Positions 52,769 through 62,689 of a stretch of 64,000 bases of DNA are shown here, one piece after another; position 1 is the stretch's first letter; each line of letters begins with the position of its first letter. Both the position numbers and the translations under genes were made by a program. The stretch comes from an uncultured Eubacteriales bacterium. GTDB taxonomy: Bacteria > Bacillota > Clostridia > Oscillospirales > UBA644. The stretch is from positions 779 to 64,778 of the forward strand of contig CAUHAO010000001.1 of NCBI GenBank assembly GCA_959604355.1, given 5' to 3'. The notes beneath the pieces were generated by a model. It saw only the letters and a program-made list of their open reading frames with translations, was not told the origin of the DNA and searched no databases.

Positions 52769-53448
52769 CTGCGGAGCACCTCATCACGGGTGATTTTTCC
52801 GTCCTCTATGGCAAGGATACGGTCTGCCTGCAAAGCAATGTTTTCATCGTGGGTGATGATAATCAGCGTTTGGTTATACTTCTGATTAGATATCTTCAGC
52901 AGATCCACAATTTCCTGACTGTTTTTTGAGTCAAGATTTCCGGTCGGCTCATCGGCAAGCACAACCGAAGGCGCGTTCATCAAGGCTCTGCCGATGGATA
53001 CTCTTTGTTGCTGTCCACCTGAAAGCTGATTCGGTAAATGATTTTCACGACCGACAAGCTTTAATGTGGTCATCAGCTCCTTCAATCTGTCCTGATTGAC
53101 CTTCTGACCGTCCATAAGCACAGGAAGGGTAATATTTTCGGTTACATTAAGAACCGGAATCAGGTTGTAGAACTGGTAAATAAGTCCAACCTGACGGCGG
53201 CGGAAGATTGCAAGCTGCTCATCGTTTTGAGCATATACATCACTCCCGTCCATATAGACTTTTCCGCTTGTGGGTTTATCGACACCGCCCAGGATGTGAA
53301 GCAAAGTGGATTTGCCCGAACCTGATGAGCCGATGATGGCGACAAATTCACCTTTGTTTACGGAGAATGATACATTATCCAACGCCTTTACCTGATTTTC
53401 TCCCTTGCCGTACGTCTTGCAAAGGTTTTCAACTCTTAATATTTCCAT
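52765..53448 (-). CDS. ABC transporter ATP-binding protein (MacB/BceA-like)
   Basis: Walker A GSSGSGKST, Q-loop, signature LSGGQQQR and Walker B VVLADEPT. AAGGAGA RBS. Confidence 0.93.
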   Translation of the reverse strand: MEILRVENLCKTYGKGENQVKALDNVSFSVNKGEFVAIIGSSGSGKSTLLHILGGVDKPTSGKVYMDGSDVYAQNDEQLAIFRRRQVGLIYQFYNLIPVLNVTENITLPVLMDGQKVNQDRLKELMTTLKLVGRENHLPNQLSGGQQQRVSIGRALMNAPSVVLADEPTGNLDSKNSQEIVDLLKISNQKYNQTLIIITHDENIALQADRILAIEDGKITRDEVLRR

Positions 53449-53558
53449 GTGAAATTCTCCTTAATTGTAGTTATGTGTTCATTATACAATGTCAAAATGA
53501 CACGGCGGTGACTCTAAAATAACAAAAACGTCACTTAACGAAAAAAAGGAGCCGCCGA

Positions 53559-54563
53559 TCAGACGGTTCCCTTGTGAAAACGAACGGTGAATTTCGCACC
53601 CTTCGGTACTTGGTTTTCTGCTTTAATAGTACCGTTCTGAACGGTAATTATCATTCGTGCCAATGCAAGACCTATGCCGAAACTCTTATCGTCGGAATTC
53701 TGCCCTTTGTAGAAGCGTTCAAAAATATGCGGGAGATCTTCTTTTGATATGCCGCTGCCGGTGTCTGTTATGATGATTTCAGTATACAGAGCATTGTCGG
53801 ATGCTTTTATATCAACAACTCCGCTCTCGGGTGTGTGTTCCATACAGTTCTTGACGATGTTTGTAATTGCTTCGCAAGTCCACGAGATATCACCGGAAAA
53901 ATCGCCTTCTGCGGATACCCTCAATGTTTGATTTCTCAAATCCATAGGAACGAGCAAAGGTGCAGTTGCTTTACTGATAAGCTCGTCAAGGGATATTTTT
54001 TCCGTTTTGAACTTTACTGTTCCTGCATCCAATTTAGATATTTTCAATAAAGCAGTAATCAGCCATTCTATGCGGGAAAGAAGCTCGTAGAGGTCGTGAG
54101 ACAGTTTCTGCCGCCGTTCTTCGGTAATGTTCGGCTCAGATATAAGGGATACAAGCAGGTTGATAGAGGTAAGCGGGGTGCGGATCTGGTGAGAAATATC
54201 TGCGAGAGAGTCGGCAAGAAAAATCTTATCATCCTGCAAACTCTGCTGCTGCTCTCTCAAACAAATGGTCATTTTATAGACTTCACTCCGTAAAATGCCG
54301 AGTTCACCCTCAGAATACTTTTCAATAGCAACTTGTCGATCACCGTGCATTATTTTGTTTATATCTGCGGCAAGATCGGATATGCGTTTGTATCTCTTAT
54401 GTGTAGTAAAAAGATAAATGAGCATAAAAACTACACAAACGATAAGCATTAAAAAGCCGAAACGACCTTCCCACACAAATGCCGCTGCGGTTGCAACACC
54501 GCCGACCAAGCTGTATAACAATAATGTTTTTCTTACTTCGGAATTTCTCAGTAATTTCATCAC
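53559..54563 (-). CDS. Sensor histidine kinase, intramembrane-sensing type (two TM helices separated by about 4 residues)
   Basis: H-box ISHQIRTPLTSI, N-box IVKNCMEHT, G1 DTGSGI and G2 FGIGLALA. TM1 is LLLYSLVGGVATAAAFVW and TM2 is FGFLMLIVCVVFMLIYLF, with only EGR between them. Confidence 0.9.
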   Translation of the reverse strand: MMKLLRNSEVRKTLLLYSLVGGVATAAAFVWEGRFGFLMLIVCVVFMLIYLFTTHKRYKRISDLAADINKIMHGDRQVAIEKYSEGELGILRSEVYKMTICLREQQQSLQDDKIFLADSLADISHQIRTPLTSINLLVSLISEPNITEERRQKLSHDLYELLSRIEWLITALLKISKLDAGTVKFKTEKISLDELISKATAPLLVPMDLRNQTLRVSAEGDFSGDISWTCEAITNIVKNCMEHTPESGVVDIKASDNALYTEIIITDTGSGISKEDLPHIFERFYKGQNSDDKSFGIGLALARMIITVQNGTIKAENQVPKGAKFTVRFHKGTV

Positions 54564-55231
54564 GCATCAACCCTATAGCCGAGGCCGCGAACCGTCTTAA
54601 TGATCGTCGGGTTCTGCGGATCGTCCTCAATCTTTTCTCTGAGCCGCTTGATATAGACGGTTAGAGTGTTATCGTTTACAAATTCACCCGCAATGTCCCA
54701 AATCGCTTCAAGAAGCTGTGTTCTTGTGAGAATTGCTCCGCGATTGTTTAGGAACACGAGGAGCAGGCGATATTCAAGAGCCGATAGATATAAGTCCTTG
54801 CCGTGCTTACTTGCTGTGCCTTTCACAGTATCCACAACAATATCTCCGAGATGAATAGCCGTTCCTGCTCCTCCGGTAAGACGGAGAACGTTTTTTATTC
54901 TTGTTACAAGCTCCCGCGGTCTGAACGGCTTGGAAATATAATCGTCTGCTCCCAATTCAAATCCCGTAACCGTACTGTATTCATCGCCTGATGCAGTAAG
55001 GAAGATTACCGGAATACCGTAATTGGACTTAATTGCAGAACAAACAGAAAAACCGTTCCCGTCAGACAAAGAAATATCGAGTAAGGCAAGATCAAACTGT
55101 TCGCTCTCTAAAAGTTTCAATGCTCCGGATTGCCCCGTTGCATTTTTAACCTCATACCCCTCAGCGGACAAAAATTCAGTGAGGTTAGCTATAATTCCTT
55201 TATCATCTTCAACTAACAGAATTCTCGTCAT
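54560..55231 (-). CDS. OmpR/PhoB-family response regulator
   Basis: Receiver domain (ILLVEDD, LALLDISL, K in ISKPF) plus winged-helix output domain (LTRTQLLEAIW...TVRGLGYRV). There is a 4-nt overlap with the kinase gene. Confidence 0.93.
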   Translation of the reverse strand: MTRILLVEDDKGIIANLTEFLSAEGYEVKNATGQSGALKLLESEQFDLALLDISLSDGNGFSVCSAIKSNYGIPVIFLTASGDEYSTVTGFELGADDYISKPFRPRELVTRIKNVLRLTGGAGTAIHLGDIVVDTVKGTASKHGKDLYLSALEYRLLLVFLNNRGAILTRTQLLEAIWDIAGEFVNDNTLTVYIKRLREKIEDDPQNPTIIKTVRGLGYRVDA

Positions 55232-55235
55232 ATGC

Positions 55236-56099
55236 TCAATCCTTACTTCGTAATTCTATTAAGATCACTTCCGGTCGATTGTTGAAACGAAACGGAATGA
55301 TACTGTTTCCGATACCTCTGCTTACGATCATATTTGTGTTTTTCTCTGTGTATAGTCCTGCATCATACTCAGGAAATAACCCTTGATTTGGAGCTGCCAA
55401 CCCGCCTGCAAACGGTAATCTGAACTGACCGCCGTGTGCGTGACCGCAGAGAACTAAATCCACATTGCTATCGCAATATACATTGAACAGTTCCGGTCTG
55501 TGAGAGAGCAGAACCGTGTAGGTATTATCTTCATTTGTCAGTTCCTGTATCTGAATTTTCATAACGGTTTCAGCGTCGTCAAACAAACAGTCTGTCTGGA
55601 AGTTCGGGTCTTCGACACCGAGCAATGTAAGCGTTTCTCCTGACTTCGTAATCTCCACTCGCTCATTTTCGAGAACAACAACGCCCAATTCCGTTAACCC
55701 TTGCTTAAGTTCATCATATTCAGGCGCCATTGCTTCGTGATTTCCCGTTACAAAATAGCAAGGGGCAATTTTTATAGCTTCTTGCGCAAACTGCAAAGCA
55801 ATCTCGATGTCGGTATTGCGAGAGTCGATAAGATCTCCGGTTATGGCAATAATATCAGGCATCGCATCCTTCAGCATTGATAGGAGCTTTTCATTATCAT
55901 TACCCATCTCCGCATTATGCAGATCGGAAATGTGAGCAATTCGATAACCGTCAAAGGCGTCCGCCAAATTATCGCTCGATACCGTGAATGTATTTAATTC
56001 AAGTGCCGTATTGCTCCAAGCAATCCATACAACCAAAGAAAACAGAAGGACTGCAACGACAGCAATCACAATAATTTTCTTTTTCTTCTTTGCGGTCAC
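55236..56099 (-). CDS. Membrane-anchored metallophosphoesterase (YkuE-like)
   Basis: IAHISDLHN, GDLID, GNHE, LLSHRPE and CGHAHGGQFRLP are the calcineurin-like phosphoesterase motifs. There is an N-terminal TM helix, and a GTG start behind AAGGAGG. Confidence 0.85.
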   Translation of the reverse strand: MTAKKKKKIIVIAVVAVLLFSLVVWIAWSNTALELNTFTVSSDNLADAFDGYRIAHISDLHNAEMGNDNEKLLSMLKDAMPDIIAITGDLIDSRNTDIEIALQFAQEAIKIAPCYFVTGNHEAMAPEYDELKQGLTELGVVVLENERVEITKSGETLTLLGVEDPNFQTDCLFDDAETVMKIQIQELTNEDNTYTVLLSHRPELFNVYCDSNVDLVLCGHAHGGQFRLPFAGGLAAPNQGLFPEYDAGLYTEKNTNMIVSRGIGNSIIPFRFNNRPEVILIELRSKD

Positions 56100-56145
56100 A
56101 GCAACCTCCTTGAATTATTTTATTTTTTACACTTCTTCAAATTAC

Positions 56146-56192
56146 ACTATATCACAAATGCAAATAATACTCAATAATTGTGACATTATTGT
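56146..56192 (-). promoter_or_regulatory. Promoter of the MPP-RR-HK(-ABC) unit with an upstream 11-bp-phased direct repeat (candidate response-regulator site)
   Basis: The minus strand reads ACAATAAT-gtc-ACAATTAT, followed by TTGAGT (-35), a 17-nt spacer and TGA-TATAGT (extended -10). Confidence 0.5.
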
Positions 56193-56292
56193 TATAATTT
56201 AGTTTGTTTTTATTTGAAAATACGAAAATCGGCGGCAAGGATTTCTCCCTGTCGCCGTTGTCAATAGATGTGAATGATGGATTTTTCTGTTT

Positions 56293-57387
56293 TTAAAACA
56301 TTATCCGCATCAGATCGGATGTTATAGTGTTGCAGACCACCCATCCCTTTGGTGTAATGGCAAAAACCTTGTCATCGAGTTTTGCAAGTCCCGCCGCGGC
56401 GAGTTTTTGCGCGTAAAGGCGGGCGTCGGACGAAAGTTTTGCCGCATCATAGCCGTCGCAGGTGCGCAGGGCAAGAATGAGTTCTTCTTCGGCGGCACTT
56501 TCGGGGGTGAGCGTTTCTTCCGTGATAGTGTCAACGCGCCCGTTCAACGCGATAAAGGCGTTGATATCACAGGGGTTTTTGTATCTTCGTATGCCGTCGA
56601 AGCCCACAGCACCCGCACCGAGACCGATATACGGATGACGTTTCCAGTAACCGCTGTTATGAACGGACCGAAAGCCTTTTCGGGCAAAATTCGATATCTC
56701 GTAATGCTCGTAGCCGTGCGAAATGAGGAAATCAGATACGAAAATATATTCTTCTTCGGAGTCTTCGGGGTCGAGTTCTTTTACACCGCAGAGAGCTAAT
56801 TGGGTGTTCTCCTCTACCGTAAGAAGGTATGCCGAAACGTGCTCCGGTGTAAAGCTTATCACCTTTTCAAGCGTTTTTTGGAGTCGTTCGTGTCTGTTTT
56901 CCGTCGGAAGTGCGGTCATTATGTCCACGGAGATGTTTTTCGCGCCGTTTCTGCGCAAATCGTTGTATGCTTGCTCTGCCTGTGCGGCAGTATGGACTCT
57001 TCCGAGAAACTGCAGCTGCCCGTCATCGAGAGACTGAATCCCCATACTTATGCGATTGAACGTGCCGTTTGCCACAAGAGGCAGGACGTTGACAACGCTC
57101 TCGGGGTTTATTTCTGCCGTACGTTCCGCGTCGGAGATATCGAATTTGCGGGCGAGCGCATCCAGTATTTTTGCGAGATTCCGTGTGCCGATAAGTGACG
57201 GAGTGCCGCCGCCCAGATAAATGCTTTCAGGCGCTCCCGCCGCGTCAAGTGTCTCTATCTGCGAGCAGAGCGCCTTTGTGTAGTCATCATAAGTGTCCTG
57301 TGCCGAAGGCACGGAAAAGAAGTCGCAGTAGCGGCATTTCCGTGCGCAGAACGGAATATGGACGTAGACCGAAAACGTATCATTCAT
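56293..57387 (-). CDS. hemW: Radical SAM heme chaperone HemW (HemN-like, oxygen-independent coproporphyrinogen oxidase family)
   Basis: [25 protein letters not shown] (CxxxCxxC). The lepA-hemW synteny is conserved. ATG 57387 overlaps the lepA stop by 8 nt. The track start 57525 lies inside lepA. Confidence 0.88.
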   Translation of the reverse strand: MNDTFSVYVHIPFCARKCRYCDFFSVPSAQDTYDDYTKALCSQIETLDAAGAPESIYLGGGTPSLIGTRNLAKILDALARKFDISDAERTAEINPESVVNVLPLVANGTFNRISMGIQSLDDGQLQFLGRVHTAAQAEQAYNDLRRNGAKNISVDIMTALPTENRHERLQKTLEKVISFTPEHVSAYLLTVEENTQLALCGVKELDPEDSEEEYIFVSDFLISHGYEHYEISNFARKGFRSVHNSGYWKRHPYIGLGAGAVGFDGIRRYKNPCDINAFIALNGRVDTITEETLTPESAAEEELILALRTCDGYDAAKLSSDARLYAQKLAAAGLAKLDDKVFAITPKGWVVCNTITSDLMRIMF

Positions 57388-59191
57388 CGTCGTATTTGAG
57401 TACCGCCATGAACGCTTCCTGAGAAAGCTGGACCGTGCCGAAGGAACGCATACGCTTTTTGCCTTCCTTCTGCTTTTCAAGAAGCTTCTTCTTACGGGTA
57501 ATGTCGCCGCCGTAGCATTTCGCAAGCACGTCCTTACGCAGTGCTTTTACGGTTTCTCTTGCGATTATCTTTCCGCCTATCGCCGCCTGGACGGGAATCT
57601 CGAAAAGTTGGCGCGGTATGTTGTCTTTGAGACGTTCGCATATTTTTCTGCCGCGGGTGTAAGCGTTGTCGGAGAAGACTATGAATGACAGTGCGTCCAC
57701 TATCTCTCCGTTGAGCAGAATGTCGAGCTTGACAAGATTGCTCTTGACGTAATCAAGGAATTCGTAGTCGAACGACGCGTAACCGCGGGTGCGCGATTTG
57801 AGGGCGTCGAAAAAGTCGTAGATTATTTCGTTGAGGGGAAGCTCGTAATGTAAGTCTACACGGCTTTCGTCAATGTAGCTCATGTTCTTGAATATGCCGC
57901 GGCGCTCGGTGCATAGATCCATTATCGTGCCGACAAATTCGGACGGCGCGAGGATGTCAGCTTTTACAAAAGGCTCGTAAGCCGCTGCGATCTCTCCGGG
58001 GTTGGGATAAAGTGTCGGGTTGGAGACGAAAACTGTTTCACCGCTCGTCTTTTCGACTTTGTATATAACGCTCGGCGCGGTAGTGATGAGGTCGAGATTG
58101 TATTCGCGTTCAAGGCGCTCCTGAATGATGTCCATATGCAACAGACCAAGGAATCCGCAGCGGAAGCCGAAGCCGAGAGCGGTGGAATTTTCTTTTTCAA
58201 ATGACAGAGACGCATCGTTAAGTTGGAGCTTTTCCAGAGCGTCGCGCAGGTCTCCGTATTTCGAGCCGTCGGCGGGAAAGATACCGCTGAAGACCATCGG
58301 CGTGACTTTTTTGTAGCCCGGCAGAGGCTTATCTGTCGGATTTTCGGCAAGTGTGACGGTGTCGCCGACCTGCGTGTCGCGAACGGTCTTTATCGACGCC
58401 ATTATGTAGCCGACTTCGCCCGCGGAGATGCCGTCTTTAGCTTCAAATCCGAAGGGGCGCATATTGCCTACTTCCACAACGTCGAACTCTGCCCCCGTCG
58501 CGATCATCCTTATGCGGTCGCCCGCTTTGAGAGTGCCGTCAAATACGCGTACATAGACGATGACGCCTCTGTAACTGTCGTAAACGGAGTCAAAGATAAG
58601 CGCGCGCAACGGTGCCTCGGGGTTGCCCTTCGGCGCGGGCACGCCTTTGACGATGTATTCAAGCAGACTTGACATGTTTTCGCCTGTTTTCGCGGACACT
58701 TTCGGGCTTTCTTCCGCGGGGATTCCGATAACATCCTCTATTTCTTTTATAACTCTGTCGGGGTCCGCAGAAGGAAGGTCTATCTTGTTTATTACGGGCA
58801 GCACCTCGAGGTCGCCGTCTACTGCAAGATACGTGTTGGCGAGCGTCTGCGCCTCAATGCCCTGTGACGCGTCAACGACGAGCAGTGCACCTTCGCACGC
58901 CTGCAGACTGCGCGCGACTTCGTATGAAAAGTCGACGTGGCCGGGAGTGTCGATGAGGTTTAATTCATAGGTTTTGCCGTCCTCTGCGGTATAGTTCATT
59001 TTTATAGCGCGGGCTTTTATGGTGATGCCGCGTTCGCGTTCAAGGTCCATATTATCCAGAAGCTGGTCTTCCATTTCGCGGATCTCGACGGTTTTAGTCA
59101 GTTCCATCAGACGGTCGGCAACGGTGGATTTTCCGTGGTCGATATGGGCTATTATGCAAAAATTTCTCGTCAAAGAAATATCGTGTGACAT
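57380..59191 (-). CDS. lepA: Translation elongation factor 4 (LepA)
   Basis: [14 protein letters not shown] (G1), DTPGHVDF (G3), NKIDL (G4), and the LepA-specific C-terminal domain ...[21 protein letters not shown]. Confidence 0.97.
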   Translation of the reverse strand: MSHDISLTRNFCIIAHIDHGKSTVADRLMELTKTVEIREMEDQLLDNMDLERERGITIKARAIKMNYTAEDGKTYELNLIDTPGHVDFSYEVARSLQACEGALLVVDASQGIEAQTLANTYLAVDGDLEVLPVINKIDLPSADPDRVIKEIEDVIGIPAEESPKVSAKTGENMSSLLEYIVKGVPAPKGNPEAPLRALIFDSVYDSYRGVIVYVRVFDGTLKAGDRIRMIATGAEFDVVEVGNMRPFGFEAKDGISAGEVGYIMASIKTVRDTQVGDTVTLAENPTDKPLPGYKKVTPMVFSGIFPADGSKYGDLRDALEKLQLNDASLSFEKENSTALGFGFRCGFLGLLHMDIIQERLEREYNLDLITTAPSVIYKVEKTSGETVFVSNPTLYPNPGEIAAAYEPFVKADILAPSEFVGTIMDLCTERRGIFKNMSYIDESRVDLHYELPLNEIIYDFFDALKSRTRGYASFDYEFLDYVKSNLVKLDILLNGEIVDALSFIVFSDNAYTRGRKICERLKDNIPRQLFEIPVQAAIGGKIIARETVKALRKDVLAKCYGGDITRKKKLLEKQKEGKKRMRSFGTVQLSQEAFMAVLKYDDE

Positions 59192-59339
59192 ATTCGATTC
59201 TCTTTCGGTAAAAATAACATTCAAATATACATTTATTATATATTAAAACTGCGGTTTTGTCAACGGTCTGAAAGAATTGAATTGTGAATAATTGACGAAA
59301 AGAGAAAAATATAGATTTCTAATTTGTTGTAAATTTCTC

Positions 59340-59368
59340 TTGACAAAAAGATAAAAATAGTATATAAT
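59340..59368 (+). promoter_or_regulatory. Consensus sigma-A promoter of ptsH
   Basis: TTGACA (59340-59345), a 17-nt spacer and TATAAT (59363-59368). Confidence 0.75.
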
Positions 59369-59439
59369 AATAAAATCAGGAATACGTTATTCTGTTATAT
59401 TTTTCCCCACACGGGAACGACGAGAGGATGATGTTCGTT

Positions 59440-59709
59440 ATGACAAATAAAAATGTTACGGTAATCAATTCCGTCGGGTTACATGCCAGACCTGCGACTT
59501 ACTTTATCACAAAAGCAAACGAGTTTAAAAGTTCTGTCTGGATAGAAAAAGGCGACAGACGTGTCAATGCCAAGAGTCTGTTGGGCGTTCTCAGTTTAGG
59601 TGTCGTCAAAGACAATGTGATCAATATAATCGCCGACGGTGTGGATGAAAAACAGGCCATTGAGGCGCTCAGCGAAATAATCGAGTCCAGTTTTTCCAAT
59701 CTCAGATAA
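59440..59709 (+). CDS. ptsH: Phosphocarrier protein HPr
   Basis: GLHARPA (His15 site) and VNAKSLLGVLSLG (Ser46 site). The start is ambiguous between ATG 59428, 59431 and 59440. Confidence 0.9.
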   Translation: MTNKNVTVINSVGLHARPATYFITKANEFKSSVWIEKGDRRVNAKSLLGVLSLGVVKDNVINIIADGVDEKQAIEALSEIIESSFSNLR

Positions 59710-59739
59710 AACGGTGAAAGAAAAGATATTTGTAATGAC

Positions 59740-59775
59740 GGCAGTACATTCTTTATTGTGAGTGTACTGCCTTTT
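59740..59775 (+). terminator. Rho-independent terminator after ptsH
   Basis: GGCAGTACA-N14-TGTACTGCC followed by TTTT. Confidence 0.7.
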
Positions 59776-59790
59776 CAATTCGGGGTTGAT

Positions 59791-61596
59791 ATGGATCTGT
59801 TGCAAAAGGCGAACAGCCTTCCCGGTGAACCGGGTGTATATATAATGCACGACAAGCACCATAGGGTGATATACGTCGGAAAAGCGAAAAATCTCAAAAA
59901 CCGAGTTACAAGCTACTTTCGCAACGGTTTTCACACGCCGAAAACGGAAAAACTTGTGTCTCAGGTCGAGGATTTCGACGTAGTCATCACCGCGACGGAG
60001 CTTGACGCACTGCTCACCGAGATAAGTCTGATACGTCTGCACAAGCCGTTTTACAACATACTGCTCAAAGACGGCATACGAGGCTATCCGTTTATAAAGC
60101 TTACGACGCGCAAACTCGCAAACGGCGTAAAGATACCGCTTCTGATGCTCGAAAACAATAAGAAAAACAGCAAGGACAAGTATTTCGGTCCGTTCATATA
60201 TCGAATGGACGCGAAGGCGATAATCGACATAGTTTCGTCCGCGTTTGCGCTGGCAGACTGTCCGCAGAACGACTCTTCCGCCGGAAAACGCTGTATAAAT
60301 TACCAAATAGGCAAATGTGCGGGTTTCTGCGCGGAGGATTATACACAACAAAAGGCTGACGCGGTGTATAATGAGATAGCGAATATCCTCGGCGGAGACA
60401 CGGATGCTGTTGAAGAGCGCACTCGCAATGAAATGACCGACGCTGCGGAAAAACTTGATTTTGAAGCGGCGGCAAAGTACCGTGACCGTCTGCGCGCACT
60501 CGATGCGCTCGCTCAAAAGCGCCGTCCTATAGTCGGACAGAAACGTAATGCGGATTATTTCGCTTTCAGACAAATTTCGGATGGGCAATGCTCGATTTTC
60601 GTGTTGCAGCTGCGCAACGGCTATGTGGTCGGACAGCGTTGCGACATATTCGACGAGAATTTTTCGGATGAACTCATGGGGGACTATGTTCAGCGTTTTT
60701 ATTCAGAAACACCGCCGCCCGCGCACGTTTATCTTGAAAAAGAATACGAGTGGTTCGCGCTTTATAATGAATGGCTCGGCGGAGTGCTTACGCTGCCGAC
60801 ATTTGAGTGCGATAAAGAAATATTGACCATCGCACGCCGCAATGCTGAAGAGCGCCTGTTGCAGTATACGGGCAGGGCTGAAAACGGACAGCGCTTGCAG
60901 GACGCGTTCAATGATTTTACCGGCATACCGTCTGTGCATCGCATGGAAATATACGACGTGAGCCACCTTGCGGGTGTTGACACTGTCTGCGGAATGGTCT
61001 GTGCGGAAAACGGCGTGCTTGTCAAAAGCGCGTATAAAAAATTCCGTATCGCCGCCGCGATGGGCGGTGATGACACAGCGTGTATGAGCGAGGCGGTGAC
61101 TCGCCGTCTGCAGAGATTCCTCGACGGTGACGAGAATTTTGCCCCGCTTCCTGACCTGATAATCTGTGACGGCGGAAAAGGACAAATACACGCGGTCATC
61201 GACGTGGTGCGTTCGCTCGGGCTCGATATTCCCGTCATTGGTTTCAAGAAAGACAGCCGCCACCGCACTAAGGCTGTAAGCTATGCTGACGGGCGTGACA
61301 AACCGCTCGCTGCGGAGACTGCGGTTTTCGCATTCTGCGGCAGGCTGCAGGAAGAAGTTCACCGCTATGCGATAAGCTATCACCGCCAGCTGCGCGACAA
61401 ATACGCGGTGCAGACACAGCTGACAAAGATAAACGGTATAGGGAAAGTCAAAGCGGCGGCGCTGCTACGCAAATTCGGCGGGCTTGAAAAAATGTTTGCC
61501 GCATCGGATGAGGAGTTGCTTTCAGTCAAAGGCATAACCGTTAAAGACGTGGCGAATATACGCGCGGCGAACGAAAATAAAGGAAATGAAGAATAG
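59791..61596 (+). CDS. uvrC: Excinuclease ABC subunit C
   Basis: GIY-YIG domain (PGVYIMHDKHHRVIYVGKAKNLKNRVTSYF), UVR domain (EAAAKYRDRLRAL), and a C-terminal (HhH)2 domain (INGIGKVKAAALLRKFGGL). ATG 59791 is preferred over the GTG 59758 track start, which lies inside the ptsH terminator. Confidence 0.95.
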   Translation: MDLLQKANSLPGEPGVYIMHDKHHRVIYVGKAKNLKNRVTSYFRNGFHTPKTEKLVSQVEDFDVVITATELDALLTEISLIRLHKPFYNILLKDGIRGYPFIKLTTRKLANGVKIPLLMLENNKKNSKDKYFGPFIYRMDAKAIIDIVSSAFALADCPQNDSSAGKRCINYQIGKCAGFCAEDYTQQKADAVYNEIANILGGDTDAVEERTRNEMTDAAEKLDFEAAAKYRDRLRALDALAQKRRPIVGQKRNADYFAFRQISDGQCSIFVLQLRNGYVVGQRCDIFDENFSDELMGDYVQRFYSETPPPAHVYLEKEYEWFALYNEWLGGVLTLPTFECDKEILTIARRNAEERLLQYTGRAENGQRLQDAFNDFTGIPSVHRMEIYDVSHLAGVDTVCGMVCAENGVLVKSAYKKFRIAAAMGGDDTACMSEAVTRRLQRFLDGDENFAPLPDLIICDGGKGQIHAVIDVVRSLGLDIPVIGFKKDSRHRTKAVSYADGRDKPLAAETAVFAFCGRLQEEVHRYAISYHRQLRDKYAVQTQLTKINGIGKVKAAALLRKFGGLEKMFAASDEELLSVKGITVKDVANIRAANENKGNEE

Positions 61597-61753
61597 AAAG
61601 AAAAATCCTTTTTGCTGCGCGCAGCGTTTGCGTCAAACCTCGGCGCAGTCGTCAGAGATTTTTACGTCGATGTACAGGATTTCCGGTGCAAAAGCAAAGT
61701 TTTTATTACGCGGATTTTTCCTTATATTATAGGTTACAAAATTTACAGACTCA

Positions 61754-61785
61754 TATAAAAACGCCCCGACATTTGTCGGGGCGTT
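61754..61785 (-). terminator. Rho-independent terminator after the DUF362 gene
   Basis: AACGCCCCGAC-ATTT-GTCGGGGCGTT. On the minus strand it is followed by TTTTTATATG. Confidence 0.75.
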
Positions 61786-61801
61786 ACTGTTATTTGTATG
61801 T

Positions 61802-62689
61802 TTAATCGATGCTTATGAGTTCGTATTCCTTTGTGCCGTAGCCTATTTCCGCGGCGGCGTCGATAGTGTGAGTGCCGTGACGCGATTCGACACGTTCGAG
61901 AAAATGTTTCTGTCCGGGGTCTTCGGTCGCGGCATAAACAAGGTCGATGCACGCTTTGTCTATGGCAACCGGATCGCAGGAGGCGAGGATTCCTATATCT
62001 TTCATGCACGGGTTCTCCGCAACGGCGCAGCAGTCGCAGTCAACGGAGATGTTTTTCATTACGTTGATATATACGGCGTTTCCGTTAAATAGCTTGATTA
62101 CGGAACCCGCGGCGTCAGCCATGGATTCGAGAAAAAGATCCTGTGCCGGAATATTTTCCCAGACTATATCCGGATTATCTGTGTATCCGGCTGAGTGAAT
62201 GAGACATTTTCCCGCGGTAGACGCGCAACCGATAGAAAGCTGCTTGAGTGCACCTCCGAATCCGCCCATCGGGTGTCCCTTGAAGTGCGAGAGCACGAGA
62301 AGGGAGTCATAATTCTTGATGTTTTTACCGACGAGGTTCTTTTTCAGCACCTTTCCGTCGGGGATGTCGAGTACGAGGTCGGGGCCTTCCGAGTCGAGCA
62401 GTTCTACGTTAAAGTATTTGTTCCATCCGTGATATTCAATGAGCTTGACATGCTTTTCGGTGGTGTTGCGCTCGCCGCCGTAAGCTGTGTTGCATTCAAC
62501 GACCGTGCCTCCGATCTCGTTTATCATCGGGCGCCATAATTCGGGACGAAGGAAGTTCTGATTTCCCTTTTCGCCCGAATGGAGTTTGACTGCAACGTTT
62601 CCCGTAAGCTGTTTGCCTACGAGTTTATACAGCCTGACGACGTTTTCGGGTGTGATGTCGCGTATGAAATATACTTTTGATTTTGTCAT
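61802..62689 (-). CDS. DUF362-family protein (conserved, function unknown)
   Basis: 295 aa: MTKSKVYFIRDITPENVVRLYKLV...VAVKLHSGEKGNQNFLRPE...LSHFKGHPMGGFGGALKQLSIGC...DCDCC. Family assignment is from memory. Confidence 0.5.
   Translation of the reverse strand: MTKSKVYFIRDITPENVVRLYKLVGKQLTGNVAVKLHSGEKGNQNFLRPELWRPMINEIGGTVVECNTAYGGERNTTEKHVKLIEYHGWNKYFNVELLDSEGPDLVLDIPDGKVLKKNLVGKNIKNYDSLLVLSHFKGHPMGGFGGALKQLSIGCASTAGKCLIHSAGYTDNPDIVWENIPAQDLFLESMADAAGSVIKLFNGNAVYINVMKNISVDCDCCAVAENPCMKDIGILASCDPVAIDKACIDLVYAATEDPGQKHFLERVESRHGTHTIDAAAEIGYGTKEYELISID

Noticed and set aside
53449-53558. A second copy of the ACAAT[AT]AT direct repeat upstream of the ABC transporter genes
   Set aside because: The region has a TATAAT with a weak -35 and some TGTCA/TGACA words. 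I could not align a convincing 11-bp-phased repeat equivalent to 56174-56192.
48150-56290. Calling the A+T-rich segment a mobile element (ICE, transposon or prophage)
   Set aside because: There is no integrase, transposase, relaxase or phage gene. I could find no flanking direct or inverted repeats by eye. Only compositional and contextual evidence exists, so it is reported as a finding, not as a mobile_element feature.
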